Translations under genes and position numbers: made by a program
The notes under the pieces: model-generated
What the model was told of the DNA's origin: nothing
Seen by the model: the letters and a program-made list of their open reading frames with translations, nothing else
The model's database searches: none
Shown: in pieces, positions 43,598 to 53,617 of the stretch
Position numbering within the stretch: position 1 is the first letter of the stretch
Layout: each line of letters opens with the position of its first letter
Source of the DNA: Escherichia coli
Lineage (GTDB): Bacteria > Pseudomonadota > Gammaproteobacteria > Enterobacterales > Enterobacteriaceae
NCBI RefSeq assembly: GCF_003018255.1
Contig: NZ_CP027440.1
Strand: one strand, 5' to 3'
Length of the DNA stretch: 64,000 bases

Positions 43598-45748
43598 TTA
43601 GTGGTGCGAAGAGATCTTCACGCCGCCTTCCGGGATTGGAACGTACGGAGTTTCTTTGTCAGTACGTTTGTCGCTGTTACGCACCGCAAGCCAGGTTTTG
43701 AAACCGTAGAAGATGATGCTGTACACCACAATCAGGAACAGAATACTCAGACCCGCGTTAGTGTAGTTGTTCACAACGATGTGGTTCATGTTGGCAATCT
43801 GCTGTGCCGTCAGGTCAGTACCGTTAGCAATCTTCTCTTTGTACTGGCTTGCCATGTAGAAGAAGCCTTCCATCTGCGGGTTGGTGCTGAACAGTTTCAG
43901 GCCCAGCGCCCAGGTGGTGCAGATAAGCAGCCATACAGCCGGAACAACAGTTACCCAGATGTATTGGGTGCGCTTCATCTTAATCAGCACAACGGTGCCC
44001 AGTACCAGTGCTACGGCTGCCAGCATCTGGTTGGAAATACCGAACAGCGGCCACAGGCTCTTAACGCCGCCCAGCGGATCGACCACGCCCTGATACAGCA
44101 GGTAGCCCCACAGACCCACACAGCCCGCAGTACCGATGATACCAGCAACCAGAGAGTCGGTTTTTTTCAGGAACGGGATGAAGTTACCCAGCAGGTCTTG
44201 CAGCATAAAGCGGCCAGAACGGGTACCCGCATCCAGCGCGGTCAGGATGAACAGGGCTTCGAACAGAATACCGAAGTGATACCAGAAGCCCATGTCAGCC
44301 ATCGGCAGCACTTTGTGGAACACGTGCGCGATACCTACCGCCAGCGTCGGCGCACCACCTGCACGGTTCAGGACAGAAGGTTCACCAATGTCTTTCGCGG
44401 TTTGCAGGATCTGCTCTGGCGAAATCACGAAGCCCCAGGAGCTGACGGTCGCCGCCGCGTGTGCGGTAACGTCTTTCAACTGCGCCATGATGATCGGCGC
44501 GTTCTCGCCACCCATTTCATGCAGGTTAGGCATGGTGATGCCAAGGCCAGCAGGCGGGGTGTTCATCGCGAAGTAAAGACCCGGTTCGATGATGGACGCA
44601 GCAACCAGCGCCATAATCGCCACGAAGGACTCCATCAGCATTGCGCCGTAGCCAATGAAACGCGCGTCGGTTTCGTTAGCCAGCAGTTTCGGCGTCGTAC
44701 CGGAAGAGATCAGCGCGTGGAAGCCAGATACCGCACCACAGGCGATGGTGATGAACAGGAACGGGAACAGAGCGCCTTTCCACAGCGGGCCAGTACCGTC
44801 AATGTACTGGGTCATCGCAGGCATTTTCAGTTCCGGGTTCAGCACCACGATACCCAGCGCCAGGCCGACGATAACGCCGATTTTCAGGAAGGTTGCCAGA
44901 TAGTCGCGTGGTGCGAGGATCAGCCACACCGGCAGCAGCGCGGAAACAAACGCATAGCCAATCAGCGCGAAGGTAATGGTGGTGTCTTTAAAGGTCAGTG
45001 CCGGACCCCAGTACGGATCGTGAGCAATCACGCCACCGAAGTAGATAGAGGCAACCAGCAGCACGATACCAATGACAGAGACTTCACCCACACGCCCCGG
45101 ACGAATAAAGCGCATGTAGATACCCATAAACAGCGCAATCGGTACGGTTGAGCAAACGGTGAAGACACCCCACGGACTTTCGGCCAGGGCTTTAACCACA
45201 ATCAGCGCCAGGACGGCGAGGATGATGATCATGATTAAGAAACAGCCAAACAGCGCGATAGTCCCCGGTACTGGCCCCATCTCTTCTTTGATCATCTCAC
45301 CAAGAGATGCGCCATTACGGCGAGAGGAGATAAACAGCACCATAAAGTCCTGAACCGCACCGGCCAGCACGACCCCCGCCAGCAGCCACAGCGTGCCAGG
45401 CAGGTAGCCCATCTGCGCGGCGAGAACCGGACCCACCAGCGGACCTGCACCGGCGATAGCGGCGAAGTGGTGACCAAACAACACGTAACGGTTGGTCGGA
45501 ACGTAGTTCAGACCGTCGTTGTTAATAACCGCAGGCGTCGCGCGCGTGGGGTCGAGTTTCATCACCTTCTGGGCGATGTACAGACTGTAGTAGCGATAAG
45601 CCACCAGATACACCGACACAGAGGCGACCACGATCCACAGGGCGCTGACGTGCTCCCCCCGACGTAATGCAACTACCGCGAGGCAGAATGCACCGATGAT
45701 TCCGAGAATCACCCAGGGTATGTGCTTGAATATCTTTTTAGTATCCAT
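43598..45748 (-). CDS. btsT: CstA-family pyruvate/H+ symporter BtsT (YjiY)
   Basis: Start trimmed to MDTKKIFKHIPWVILG (716 aa); large polytopic CstA-family transporter. Confidence 0.92.
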   Translation of the reverse strand: MDTKKIFKHIPWVILGIIGAFCLAVVALRRGEHVSALWIVVASVSVYLVAYRYYSLYIAQKVMKLDPTRATPAVINNDGLNYVPTNRYVLFGHHFAAIAGAGPLVGPVLAAQMGYLPGTLWLLAGVVLAGAVQDFMVLFISSRRNGASLGEMIKEEMGPVPGTIALFGCFLIMIIILAVLALIVVKALAESPWGVFTVCSTVPIALFMGIYMRFIRPGRVGEVSVIGIVLLVASIYFGGVIAHDPYWGPALTFKDTTITFALIGYAFVSALLPVWLILAPRDYLATFLKIGVIVGLALGIVVLNPELKMPAMTQYIDGTGPLWKGALFPFLFITIACGAVSGFHALISSGTTPKLLANETDARFIGYGAMLMESFVAIMALVAASIIEPGLYFAMNTPPAGLGITMPNLHEMGGENAPIIMAQLKDVTAHAAATVSSWGFVISPEQILQTAKDIGEPSVLNRAGGAPTLAVGIAHVFHKVLPMADMGFWYHFGILFEALFILTALDAGTRSGRFMLQDLLGNFIPFLKKTDSLVAGIIGTAGCVGLWGYLLYQGVVDPLGGVKSLWPLFGISNQMLAAVALVLGTVVLIKMKRTQYIWVTVVPAVWLLICTTWALGLKLFSTNPQMEGFFYMASQYKEKIANGTDLTAQQIANMNHIVVNNYTNAGLSILFLIVVYSIIFYGFKTWLAVRNSDKRTDKETPYVPIPEGGVKISSHH

Positions 45749-46015
45749 AGTAAAACCTGGCATGTATTGATTAATAGTTGGCCGAAGCCGTTCTAGGTTT
45801 GCGTTGCGTTTGAGGAGGTAAATTGACCGCTATCCTGCAGTGATGTTGCCAGAGTTACGCGCGCGTAAAGTAAGGTAAATAACTGAGTGGTTATTTTAGG
45901 GACGTAAGCGGTCAGGAATGGCGGTGAGCGGTTGGGCAAGAATTATTCGTCGGGTGGATATGTGATTGAGATCACAATAAAAATGCCCCTTCGATAATTA
46001 ACCGAAGGGGCGTTC

Positions 46016-47236
46016 TTAGAAGAGAGTGTCTAATTCTGCCAGTACGTTGTAGTCGTCATCAGTCAATAACAACGTTTTCCATTTGTCGAAGGTCAGGCAC
46101 GGATGCGATGTGCCAAACACCAGAATATCCCCCACTTGCACGTCGCTATTAGCTGACAGTTGCAACATGCAGTGCTGATCCATAATACCTGTACTGCGAA
46201 TCGCCTGTGGATCAAATGCCAGTGATTTGCCGTTGCGGTAGTGGGCGACTGGTTGCGGCAGTCCGGCGTCGAAGGCGCAATCACGCTTACCAAAATTTAC
46301 CACCGCACGATCAGCTTCCGGCACCGATTGCACCATGGCGACCAGTTCCAGCGCAGATGTGAGATCGCCTGCCAGATCGCAGGCCACAGGATCACGGGCA
46401 AGCAACTGTTGTTGTGCCGCGTCGTAGATCCCGGTGTCGTGAGTGATGTAGCAGCCAGGGCGAATAACAATGCGGCAGTTATCAGGCTTTTCTGCCGCCA
46501 GCCAGATATTGCACACCACGTCATACCAGACCGTGCCTGCTCCGGTGAGAATAAACTCGCCATCAACCAGACTTGCCATATCACAGGCCAGTTGTGCGGC
46601 ATCCCGCAGCAGAGCTTCTACCTGCGGTTGTGGATCGTCACCGTGTAAAACGCCTTCATATAACTCAAGCCCCCGCAGGCGTAACCCCGGTAATTGGGCT
46701 GCCTGTTTAGCCAGTGTCAGTGCGGCATCCCTTGAGCGGCAACCACAGCGCCCGCCGGGGACACCCAACTCAATCATCACGTTCAGTGTCTGTTGCTGAC
46801 TGGCAAAAAAGGCAGACAAAGCGCGGGCGTTCTCAATGCTGTCGATACAGCAGATAAAATCGACCGTCGGGTAATGTCGTTGCAACTGGGCAATCAACTG
46901 CATATTCGCCTTGCCGACCAGCTGGTTAACCATCAGCACTCGCTGAATACCGCTCGCCATTGCCGCACCAGCCTGCCATGCGCTACCGACACCTATTGCC
47001 CAGGCGCCTGCCGCCTGCTGCGCCTGAAAAATCCACGGCGTCATGGTGGTTTTACCGTGCGGTGCCAGCGAAACGCCGCGCGCGTCAGCATAACGCTGCA
47101 TCCACGTAATGTTGTTCTCCAGGGCCTGCTTTTTAATGATCGCGGCAGGTAAACAGACATCTTCGGCAAGGAGATTTGCGGGCATTTGCATCAGGGCAGA
47201 TTTATGGGGAACCAGAGGTTCTGAGTGGTATTTCAT
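46016..47236 (-). CDS. DSD1-family PLP enzyme (alanine-racemase-fold N-domain; D-serine dehydratase / D-threonine aldolase-like)
   Basis: 406-aa ORF; N-terminal region LPAAIIKKQALENNITWMQRYADARGVSLAPHGKTTM resembles the lysine-containing PLP site (RPH-K-T-H-K type) of DSD1/YGL196W enzymes. True start among M1/M16/M18 is uncertain. Confidence 0.65.
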   Translation of the reverse strand: MKYHSEPLVPHKSALMQMPANLLAEDVCLPAAIIKKQALENNITWMQRYADARGVSLAPHGKTTMTPWIFQAQQAAGAWAIGVGSAWQAGAAMASGIQRVLMVNQLVGKANMQLIAQLQRHYPTVDFICCIDSIENARALSAFFASQQQTLNVMIELGVPGGRCGCRSRDAALTLAKQAAQLPGLRLRGLELYEGVLHGDDPQPQVEALLRDAAQLACDMASLVDGEFILTGAGTVWYDVVCNIWLAAEKPDNCRIVIRPGCYITHDTGIYDAAQQQLLARDPVACDLAGDLTSALELVAMVQSVPEADRAVVNFGKRDCAFDAGLPQPVAHYRNGKSLAFDPQAIRSTGIMDQHCMLQLSANSDVQVGDILVFGTSHPCLTFDKWKTLLLTDDDYNVLAELDTLF

Positions 47237-47286
47237 AACATTTACCTTTTAAGTTTTTCACCGTATCGGATGTGAGTATCACTTGT

Positions 47287-47313
47287 AACTAAATGAAATA
47301 TAAATATTTAGTT
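47287..47313. promoter_or_regulatory. Perfect 8-bp inverted repeat (AACTAAAT-N11-ATTTAGTT) in the divergent promoter region; candidate operator
   Basis: Read directly from the sequence; sits in the AT-rich gap between the DSD1-like gene and the D-aminoacylase operon. Confidence 0.4.
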
Positions 47314-47427
47314 TATTTATCTTATTATTTATGAATAAAAGTATCATAAAATCATCTGGGTTTTGCGTAGTTTTCCACTGTTTTTCGTCCTTGTAAATGG
47401 TTAACTTGTCACCATTGCAGAAATGGA

Positions 47428-48879
47428 GTGACGAACATGCAGGTTGACTGGTTAATCAAAAATGTGACCGTTATCGACGGTAGCGGCGGCCCTGAATTTC
47501 GCGGTGACGTGGCAATAACAGGTGATCGGATTGTCGATATTGCCCCTGCGCTTAACGTTACGGCGCAGCAGGTCATTGACGGGGAAGGGCGGGTGCTGGC
47601 ACCCGGGTTTATCGACGTTCATACCCATGACGATATCAACGTTATTCGCATCCCGGAATATCTGCCAAAGATCAGCCAGGGGATCACTACGGTGATTGTC
47701 GGTAACTGCGGGATTAGTGCGGCGTCGGCGAAAATGAAAGGTGAAGTTCCTGACCCGATGAATCTGTTGGGGGAAGCAGAGCACTTTATTTATCCTACCG
47801 TTGAAAGCTATGCCCAGGCAGTGGAAGCAGCCAGGCCGTCACTGAACGTTGGCACGCTGATTGGTCATACGGCGCTGCGTAATAACCATATGGACGACCT
47901 GTTTCGCCCGGCGACGGTGGATGAAATTGCCGCTATGCGTGCCGACTTACGTCTGGCGTTGAGTCAGGGGGCGCTGGGGTTAAGTTCCGGGCTGGCCTAT
48001 GCAACGGCATTTCAGGCGACTACCGAAGAAGTCATGGCGCTGGCGGAAGAATTAGCCGGTGAGAAGGGCGTTTATACCACCCATCTGCGTTCTGAATTTG
48101 AACCGATTCTCGATGCCCTGGATGAGGCGTTTCGTATTGGGCGTCATGGCAAAGTGCCTGTCGTGGTTTCCCACCATAAATGTGCCGGGGCGAAAAACTG
48201 GGGGCGGACAAAAGAAACGTTGGCCTTTTTTGACCAAATGCGTCAACACCAGGAAATTGGCTGCGATGTCTACCCTTACTCAGCCAGCTCTTCAACGCTG
48301 GATCTCAAACAAGTCACCGACGAATTCGATATTGTGATCACCTGGTCACAAACACATCCGCAGCAGGCCGGGAAAACACTGGCGCAAATCGCCATCGACT
48401 GGCAGATGAGTATGCTGGAGGCCGCGAAGCTGCTAATGCCTGCCGGGGCTATCTATTACAACATGGACGAGCGCGACGTCCGCCGAGTGTTGAGTTATCC
48501 GGTCAGTATGATTGGCTCTGACGGCCTGCCCAATGATCCCATGCCGCATCCACGTTTATGGGGCGCCTTCCCTCGCGTGCTGGGCCACTATTGCCGTGAT
48601 GAAGGCTTATTCCCACTGACCACGGCTATCCACAAAATGACCGGGCTTTCTGCCAGCCGTTTTCGCCTGCCCCAGCGTGGACTGGTGAAAGTCGGTTATT
48701 TTGCGGACCTGGTGTTGTTCGATCCACAAACCATTCGTGATGTTGCCAGCTTTTCTGATCCCAAACGCCCGGCAGATGGCATTGAGGCGGTGATGGTGAA
48801 CGGCGTTATGAGCTATGGTCCCGATAAACATATTACAGGCCGTGCGGGACGCTTCCTGCGCCGGCAGACCTCACATTAA
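47428..48879 (+). CDS. N-acyl-D-amino-acid deacylase (D-aminoacylase) family amidohydrolase
   Basis: 483-aa ORF; N-terminus DWLIKNVTVIDGSGGPEFRGDVAITGDRIVDIAPAL...APGFIDVHTHDD is typical of metal-dependent D-aminoacylases. Start is M1 or M4. Confidence 0.75.
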   Translation: MTNMQVDWLIKNVTVIDGSGGPEFRGDVAITGDRIVDIAPALNVTAQQVIDGEGRVLAPGFIDVHTHDDINVIRIPEYLPKISQGITTVIVGNCGISAASAKMKGEVPDPMNLLGEAEHFIYPTVESYAQAVEAARPSLNVGTLIGHTALRNNHMDDLFRPATVDEIAAMRADLRLALSQGALGLSSGLAYATAFQATTEEVMALAEELAGEKGVYTTHLRSEFEPILDALDEAFRIGRHGKVPVVVSHHKCAGAKNWGRTKETLAFFDQMRQHQEIGCDVYPYSASSSTLDLKQVTDEFDIVITWSQTHPQQAGKTLAQIAIDWQMSMLEAAKLLMPAGAIYYNMDERDVRRVLSYPVSMIGSDGLPNDPMPHPRLWGAFPRVLGHYCRDEGLFPLTTAIHKMTGLSASRFRLPQRGLVKVGYFADLVLFDPQTIRDVASFSDPKRPADGIEAVMVNGVMSYGPDKHITGRAGRFLRRQTSH

Positions 48880-48882
48880 GGA

Positions 48883-49278
48883 GTGAATATGAGCATTAAA
48901 CGTTACGGTACGGAAGGTGGAACAGGCACTGGCGGGCAGCATTTGCCTTTTGCCAGGGCGGTTGAGGCGGGCGGCTGGCTGTACGTCTCCGGGCAAACAC
49001 CCATGAAAAACGGTGAAGTGGTAGAAGGCGGAATCGTTGAACAGTCACGACTGGCGATCCAAAACTGTGTCGACATCATGACTGAAGCCGGTTATAGCCT
49101 GGCGGATGTGGTTCACGTGAAAGTGATCCTGACCGACGCCCGCTATTTCCAGTCATTTAATAAAGTATTCAGAGAATTTTTTGGCGAGAATCCGCCTGCA
49201 CGTATTTGTTGTGTGGCTGATCTGGTTGTCGATTGTAAAGTCGAAGTCGATGTGACCTGTTATAACGCGACCCGCTAA
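48883..49278 (+). CDS. RidA/YjgF/TdcF-family reactive enamine/imine deaminase
   Basis: 131-aa ORF (...GGWLYVSGQTPMKNGEVVEGG...ARICCVADL...), characteristic of the RidA fold; starts 4 nt after the aminoacylase stop. Confidence 0.75.
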   Translation: MNMSIKRYGTEGGTGTGGQHLPFARAVEAGGWLYVSGQTPMKNGEVVEGGIVEQSRLAIQNCVDIMTEAGYSLADVVHVKVILTDARYFQSFNKVFREFFGENPPARICCVADLVVDCKVEVDVTCYNATR

Positions 49279-49380
49279 TAAATTTAAGAATTAAAAAAAC
49301 AGACCGCAATTGAGTGCTGAATACATTCAGCACTCCGGGAACTCTTACATTAATTTCTCTCTACTGGCAGGATGTGAATT

Positions 49381-50850
49381 ATGAACAGTCATATCTTTTT
49401 AGTCGGCTTTATTATTTATGCCATCGCCATGATTTGGCTTGGTTGGTTTGTTTCTCGTAATCAGAAAAGCGGAGAAGATTTTCTGCTGGGCGGGCGTTCG
49501 CTGCCGCTGTTTCTGACGCTGGGGTCAACCGTTGCCACGATGGTTGGCACGGGTTCCAGTATGGGGGCAGTGGGCTTTGGCTACAGCAATGGCTGGGCCG
49601 GAATGCTTTATGGCGTCGGTGGAGCCGTAGGTATATTGCTGGTGGCGTGGCTGTTTGCACCGGTACGTAAATTACGTTTTATGACCATGAGTGAAGAACT
49701 CTCTTATTATACTGGCGGTAGTCATTTAATTAAAAATATTGTCGGCCTGATGATATTTATTGCCTCTATTGGCTGGCTGGGGGCGCATATATTAGGTGGA
49801 AGTATGTATCTTGCCTGGGCGACGGGTATTGATCTTACTGTGGCAAAATTAATTATCGCCTTAGCTTTTGCGATTTATGTTATTATCGGCGGTTATTCGG
49901 CGGTAGTGTGGACAGATACTATTCAGGCCCTAATTCTGTTCTTTGGCTTTATATTAATGGCTATTCTTGCCGTTGTTCACGTTGGCGGCTGGAGTGCGAT
50001 TGAGCAGGCGATGGACCCAAAAGCGATGAGCCTGTTTGCGATTGATAAAATGGGCGTGCTGCCTGCGCTTTCGCTGGCACTGGTTATTGGCGTAGGTGTG
50101 CTGGCAACACCGTCTTATCGCCAGCGTATTTACTCGGGTAAAGATGTTCCCTCTGTACGCCGTTCGTTTGTTATTACTGGGGTGTTATATCTGTTCTTCT
50201 CGATTTTGCCTGCCATTATCGGCATGGCGGCGTTCACCATGAACCCAAATCTGGAAAACAGCAACTACGCCTTCTTGTTCGCGACCAGTTTCTTACCTGC
50301 CATTCTTGGGCTGGTGGTGCTGATTGCCGGGCTTTCAGCCACCATGTCTTCTGCCAGCTCCGATGCCATCGCGGCGGTGGCGATTATGATGCGCGACGTC
50401 TACACCATGATTACCGGCAGAATGCCGCCGGAGGACAAGGCCATTACTTACTCACGCTGGATGTTGACCTTTGTTATTGGCCTGGCGCTGGTCTTTGCTC
50501 TGACCTCTAATGACATCATCAGCTACATTACCAAAATGATTTCGATGCTGATGTCCGGGCTGTTTATCTGCTCGATTCTCGGTCGCTTCTGGCTACGCTT
50601 TAACTGGCAGGGCGCGCTGGCGGTGTTAGTGAGCGGTATGGTGATGTCAATTGTGGTGCTGATGAATGCCGACTGGCTGGCTTACTGGGGTAACCCGTGT
50701 ATTCCGTCAGTGCTGGGCAGCCTGGTCGCTGGCGTACTGGTGACGTTGGTAACGCCAGCAAGTCAGGTCAGCCGGGAAGAAGCTTTGGCGATTATCACCA
50801 ATGAGCGTGAAAACCAGAGTGTCGTGATCACCAAACCTGAAGAAGCATAA
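49381..50850 (+). CDS. Sodium:solute symporter family (SSF) transporter
   Basis: 489-aa polytopic membrane protein with PutP/PanF-like helices; third gene of the plus-strand operon. Confidence 0.75.
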   Translation: MNSHIFLVGFIIYAIAMIWLGWFVSRNQKSGEDFLLGGRSLPLFLTLGSTVATMVGTGSSMGAVGFGYSNGWAGMLYGVGGAVGILLVAWLFAPVRKLRFMTMSEELSYYTGGSHLIKNIVGLMIFIASIGWLGAHILGGSMYLAWATGIDLTVAKLIIALAFAIYVIIGGYSAVVWTDTIQALILFFGFILMAILAVVHVGGWSAIEQAMDPKAMSLFAIDKMGVLPALSLALVIGVGVLATPSYRQRIYSGKDVPSVRRSFVITGVLYLFFSILPAIIGMAAFTMNPNLENSNYAFLFATSFLPAILGLVVLIAGLSATMSSASSDAIAAVAIMMRDVYTMITGRMPPEDKAITYSRWMLTFVIGLALVFALTSNDIISYITKMISMLMSGLFICSILGRFWLRFNWQGALAVLVSGMVMSIVVLMNADWLAYWGNPCIPSVLGSLVAGVLVTLVTPASQVSREEALAIITNERENQSVVITKPEEA

Positions 50851-50859
50851 CCAACAATG

Positions 50860-51765
50860 CTAATCGCCAAGTGGCTGGCGGTTAGCGCCCCCACGGTGGC
50901 TGTCTAACACCAGTTTTATCCGCCGCAGGCGATCTTTCGCCTGCGCTTTATTTGCCATTGCCAGTTCTGTTGCCAGTACATCGACCATGGCTAACATCGC
51001 GTAGCGGGAAGGGGTGGGCTTAAAGATGTAATCACTTTCCTGAACCAGTAACGGCAATACCAGATCCACCTGTTCCGCCAGCGGTGTTTGTGCTGGTGTA
51101 ATGGCAATAACACGCGCGCCATACTGACGGGCGATTGCCGCACTTTCGATGATTTCCGGTGTATAACCGCCCAGCGACAGTACAATCACCACATCCTGCG
51201 GCATCACTGCCGAGCACATCATTCTCATCATCAGGGCATCATTCTGACTGACCACCGGTAGCCCCAGACGGAATAAACGGTACTGAATCTCCTGTGAACA
51301 GATGGTGGAACCGCCGCCAGTTCCCAATGCAAGAATTTGCCGCGCCTGACTTAACCAGCTTACAGCCTGGCTGATGGCATTCATATCCAGCGAACGACGA
51401 TGCGTTTCCAGCACGCTAATAATCGCTTCGTAGATCCCCTGAACACCGTCAAGATCCGGTACATCGAGAATAAACCGCTGCCCGACAGCCAGTGACTGCG
51501 CCAGTTTGACTTTCAACTCGCGGACATCTTTGCACCCCAGTGCACGGGCAAAACGCGTCACCGACGCCTGACTGGTTTGCGTTAACCGCGCCAGCTCAGC
51601 AATGGGCAGTTCCACCGCGGCGGGGACATCATCAAGAATAAATTGTGCGATACGCTTTTCAGTGGCGGTTAACGCCATAAACCGTTCGGTAATACAGGAG
51701 ATGATATCGATGCTATAAGCCATAGGAGTATCACTGGTTCGAAGAAGATTGATACTTTGTACCAT
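50860..51765 (-). CDS. RpiR/MurR-family transcriptional regulator (helix-turn-helix + SIS sugar-phosphate-binding domain)
   Basis: N-terminal HTH (LTATEKRIAQFILDDV...IAELARLTQTSQASVTRFARALG) followed by a SIS-like domain (ILALGTGGGS). Start uncertain. Confidence 0.72.
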   Translation of the reverse strand: MVQSINLLRTSDTPMAYSIDIISCITERFMALTATEKRIAQFILDDVPAAVELPIAELARLTQTSQASVTRFARALGCKDVRELKVKLAQSLAVGQRFILDVPDLDGVQGIYEAIISVLETHRRSLDMNAISQAVSWLSQARQILALGTGGGSTICSQEIQYRLFRLGLPVVSQNDALMMRMMCSAVMPQDVVIVLSLGGYTPEIIESAAIARQYGARVIAITPAQTPLAEQVDLVLPLLVQESDYIFKPTPSRYAMLAMVDVLATELAMANKAQAKDRLRRIKLVLDSHRGGANRQPLGD

Positions 51766-51904
51766 AAACTGCCGCTATAGAGTGTGACCCTCACAAAAAA
51801 CGCAAGTTTGCTGCAACAAAAGCAGTGCCGACGCTTTTCCACAGCATAAAGTTTTCCACCACCAGGCCGACAACCAGTGTATCTGTCTAGTGGAAAGAGA
51901 AACC

Positions 51905-53569
51905 ATGTTAAAACGTATCAAGATCGTGACCAGCTTACTGCTGGTTTTGGCCGTTTTTGGCCTTTTACAACTGACATCAGGCGGTCTGTTCTTTAATGCC
52001 TTAAAGAATGACAAAGAAAATTTCACTGTTTTACAAACCATTCGCCAGCAGCAATCCACGCTGAATGGCAGCTGGGTTGCGTTGTTGCAGACGCGTAACA
52101 CCCTCAACCGCGCGGGTATCCGCTACATGATGGATCAGAATAATATTGGTAGCGGTTCAACCGTTGCTGAGCTGATGCAGAGTGCCAGTATTTCGCTGAA
52201 ACAGGCGGAAAAAAACTGGGCGGATTACGAAGCGTTGCCGCGTGACCCGCGTCAGAGCACCGCCGCAGCGTCAGAGATCAAACGTAATTACGATATTTAT
52301 CACAATGCGCTGGCGGAGCTGATCCAACTGTTAGGTGCAGGCAAAATCAACGAGTTCTTTGATCAACCGACCCAGGGATATCAGGACGGTTTCGAGAAGC
52401 AGTATGTGGCTTACATGGAGCAAAACGATCGGCTCTATGATATCGCCGTCAGCGATAACAATGCCTCCTACAGCCAGGCGATGTGGATTCTGGTAGGCGT
52501 GATGATCGTCGTACTGGCGGTCATCCTCGCCGTCTGGTTCGGTATTAAAGCCTCGCTGGTCGCGCCAATGAATCGCCTGATTGACAGCATTCGTCATATT
52601 GCAGGCGGCGATCTGGTGAAACCGATTGAGGTGGATGGCTCTAATGAGATGGGGCAACTGGCAGAGAGTTTGCGCCATATGCAGGGAGAGCTGATGCGTA
52701 CCGTCGGTGATGTGCGCAACGGGGCCAATGCCATCTATAGCGGTGCCAGCGAAATCGCCACCGGCAATAACGATCTCTCTTCGCGCACCGAGCAACAGGC
52801 CGCTTCGCTGGAAGAGACGGCAGCCAGCATGGAGCAACTGACCGCAACGGTGAAGCAGAACGCCGAAAATGCGCGTCAGGCCAGCCACCTGGCGTTAAGT
52901 GCTTCCGAAACGGCGCAACGCGGCGGCAAAGTGGTGGATAACGTGGTGCAGACTATGCGCGATATCTCCACCAGTTCGCAGAAAATCGCCGATATTATCA
53001 GCGTAATTGACGGTATTGCCTTCCAGACCAATATTCTGGCTTTGAACGCGGCGGTTGAAGCAGCGCGCGCGGGTGAGCAAGGGCGCGGTTTTGCGGTGGT
53101 TGCGGGAGAAGTGCGTAATCTGGCCCAGCGTAGCGCTCAGGCTGCTCGTGAAATTAAAAGCCTGATTGAAGACTCGGTGGGGAAAGTGGATGTTGGCTCT
53201 ACGCTGGTCGAAAGCGCCGGGGAAACAATGGCGGAGATTGTCAGTGCCGTGACCCGCGTGACGGACATTATGGGCGAAATTGCTTCTGCTTCTGATGAGC
53301 AGAGCCGTGGTATCGATCAGGTTGGCTTAGCGGTTGCTGAGATGGACCGGGTAACCCAACAAAACGCCGCGCTGGTGGAAGAATCTGCCGCTGCCGCCGC
53401 CGCGCTGGAAGAGCAGGCCAGTCGCCTGACCGAAGCAGTGGCAGTGTTCCGGATTCAGCAACAGCAGCAACAGCAGCGTGAAACATCGGCTGTAGTAAAA
53501 ACCGTGACGCCAGCTACGCCGCGTAAAATGGCCGTGGCAGATAGCGGCGAGAATTGGGAAACGTTTTAA
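51905..53569 (+). CDS. tsr: Serine chemoreceptor Tsr (methyl-accepting chemotaxis protein I), allele with an extended Gln run
   Basis: Start trimmed to [24 protein letters not shown] signalling domain; C-terminal ...NWETF pentapeptide; seven-Gln run ([13 protein letters not shown]). Confidence 0.93.
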   Translation: MLKRIKIVTSLLLVLAVFGLLQLTSGGLFFNALKNDKENFTVLQTIRQQQSTLNGSWVALLQTRNTLNRAGIRYMMDQNNIGSGSTVAELMQSASISLKQAEKNWADYEALPRDPRQSTAAASEIKRNYDIYHNALAELIQLLGAGKINEFFDQPTQGYQDGFEKQYVAYMEQNDRLYDIAVSDNNASYSQAMWILVGVMIVVLAVILAVWFGIKASLVAPMNRLIDSIRHIAGGDLVKPIEVDGSNEMGQLAESLRHMQGELMRTVGDVRNGANAIYSGASEIATGNNDLSSRTEQQAASLEETAASMEQLTATVKQNAENARQASHLALSASETAQRGGKVVDNVVQTMRDISTSSQKIADIISVIDGIAFQTNILALNAAVEAARAGEQGRGFAVVAGEVRNLAQRSAQAAREIKSLIEDSVGKVDVGSTLVESAGETMAEIVSAVTRVTDIMGEIASASDEQSRGIDQVGLAVAEMDRVTQQNAALVEESAAAAAALEEQASRLTEAVAVFRIQQQQQQQRETSAVVKTVTPATPRKMAVADSGENWETF

Positions 53570-53576
53570 TCGCCAT

Positions 53577-53610
53577 AAAAATGCCCGATAAGCAAAATGT
53601 TATCGGGCAT
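53577..53610 (-). terminator. Hairpin terminator between the convergent tsr and lgoT
   Basis: ATGCCCGATAA ... TTATCGGGCAT perfect stem, flanked by an A/T run on the minus-strand downstream side. Confidence 0.55.
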
Positions 53611-53617
53611 AGGGAGT

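Noticed and set aside
43601-45151. 516-aa ORF on the plus strand
   Set aside because: Entirely antisense to btsT. The translation is low-complexity, Arg/His/Gln-rich and has no domain features. An artefact of the opposite-strand coding bias.
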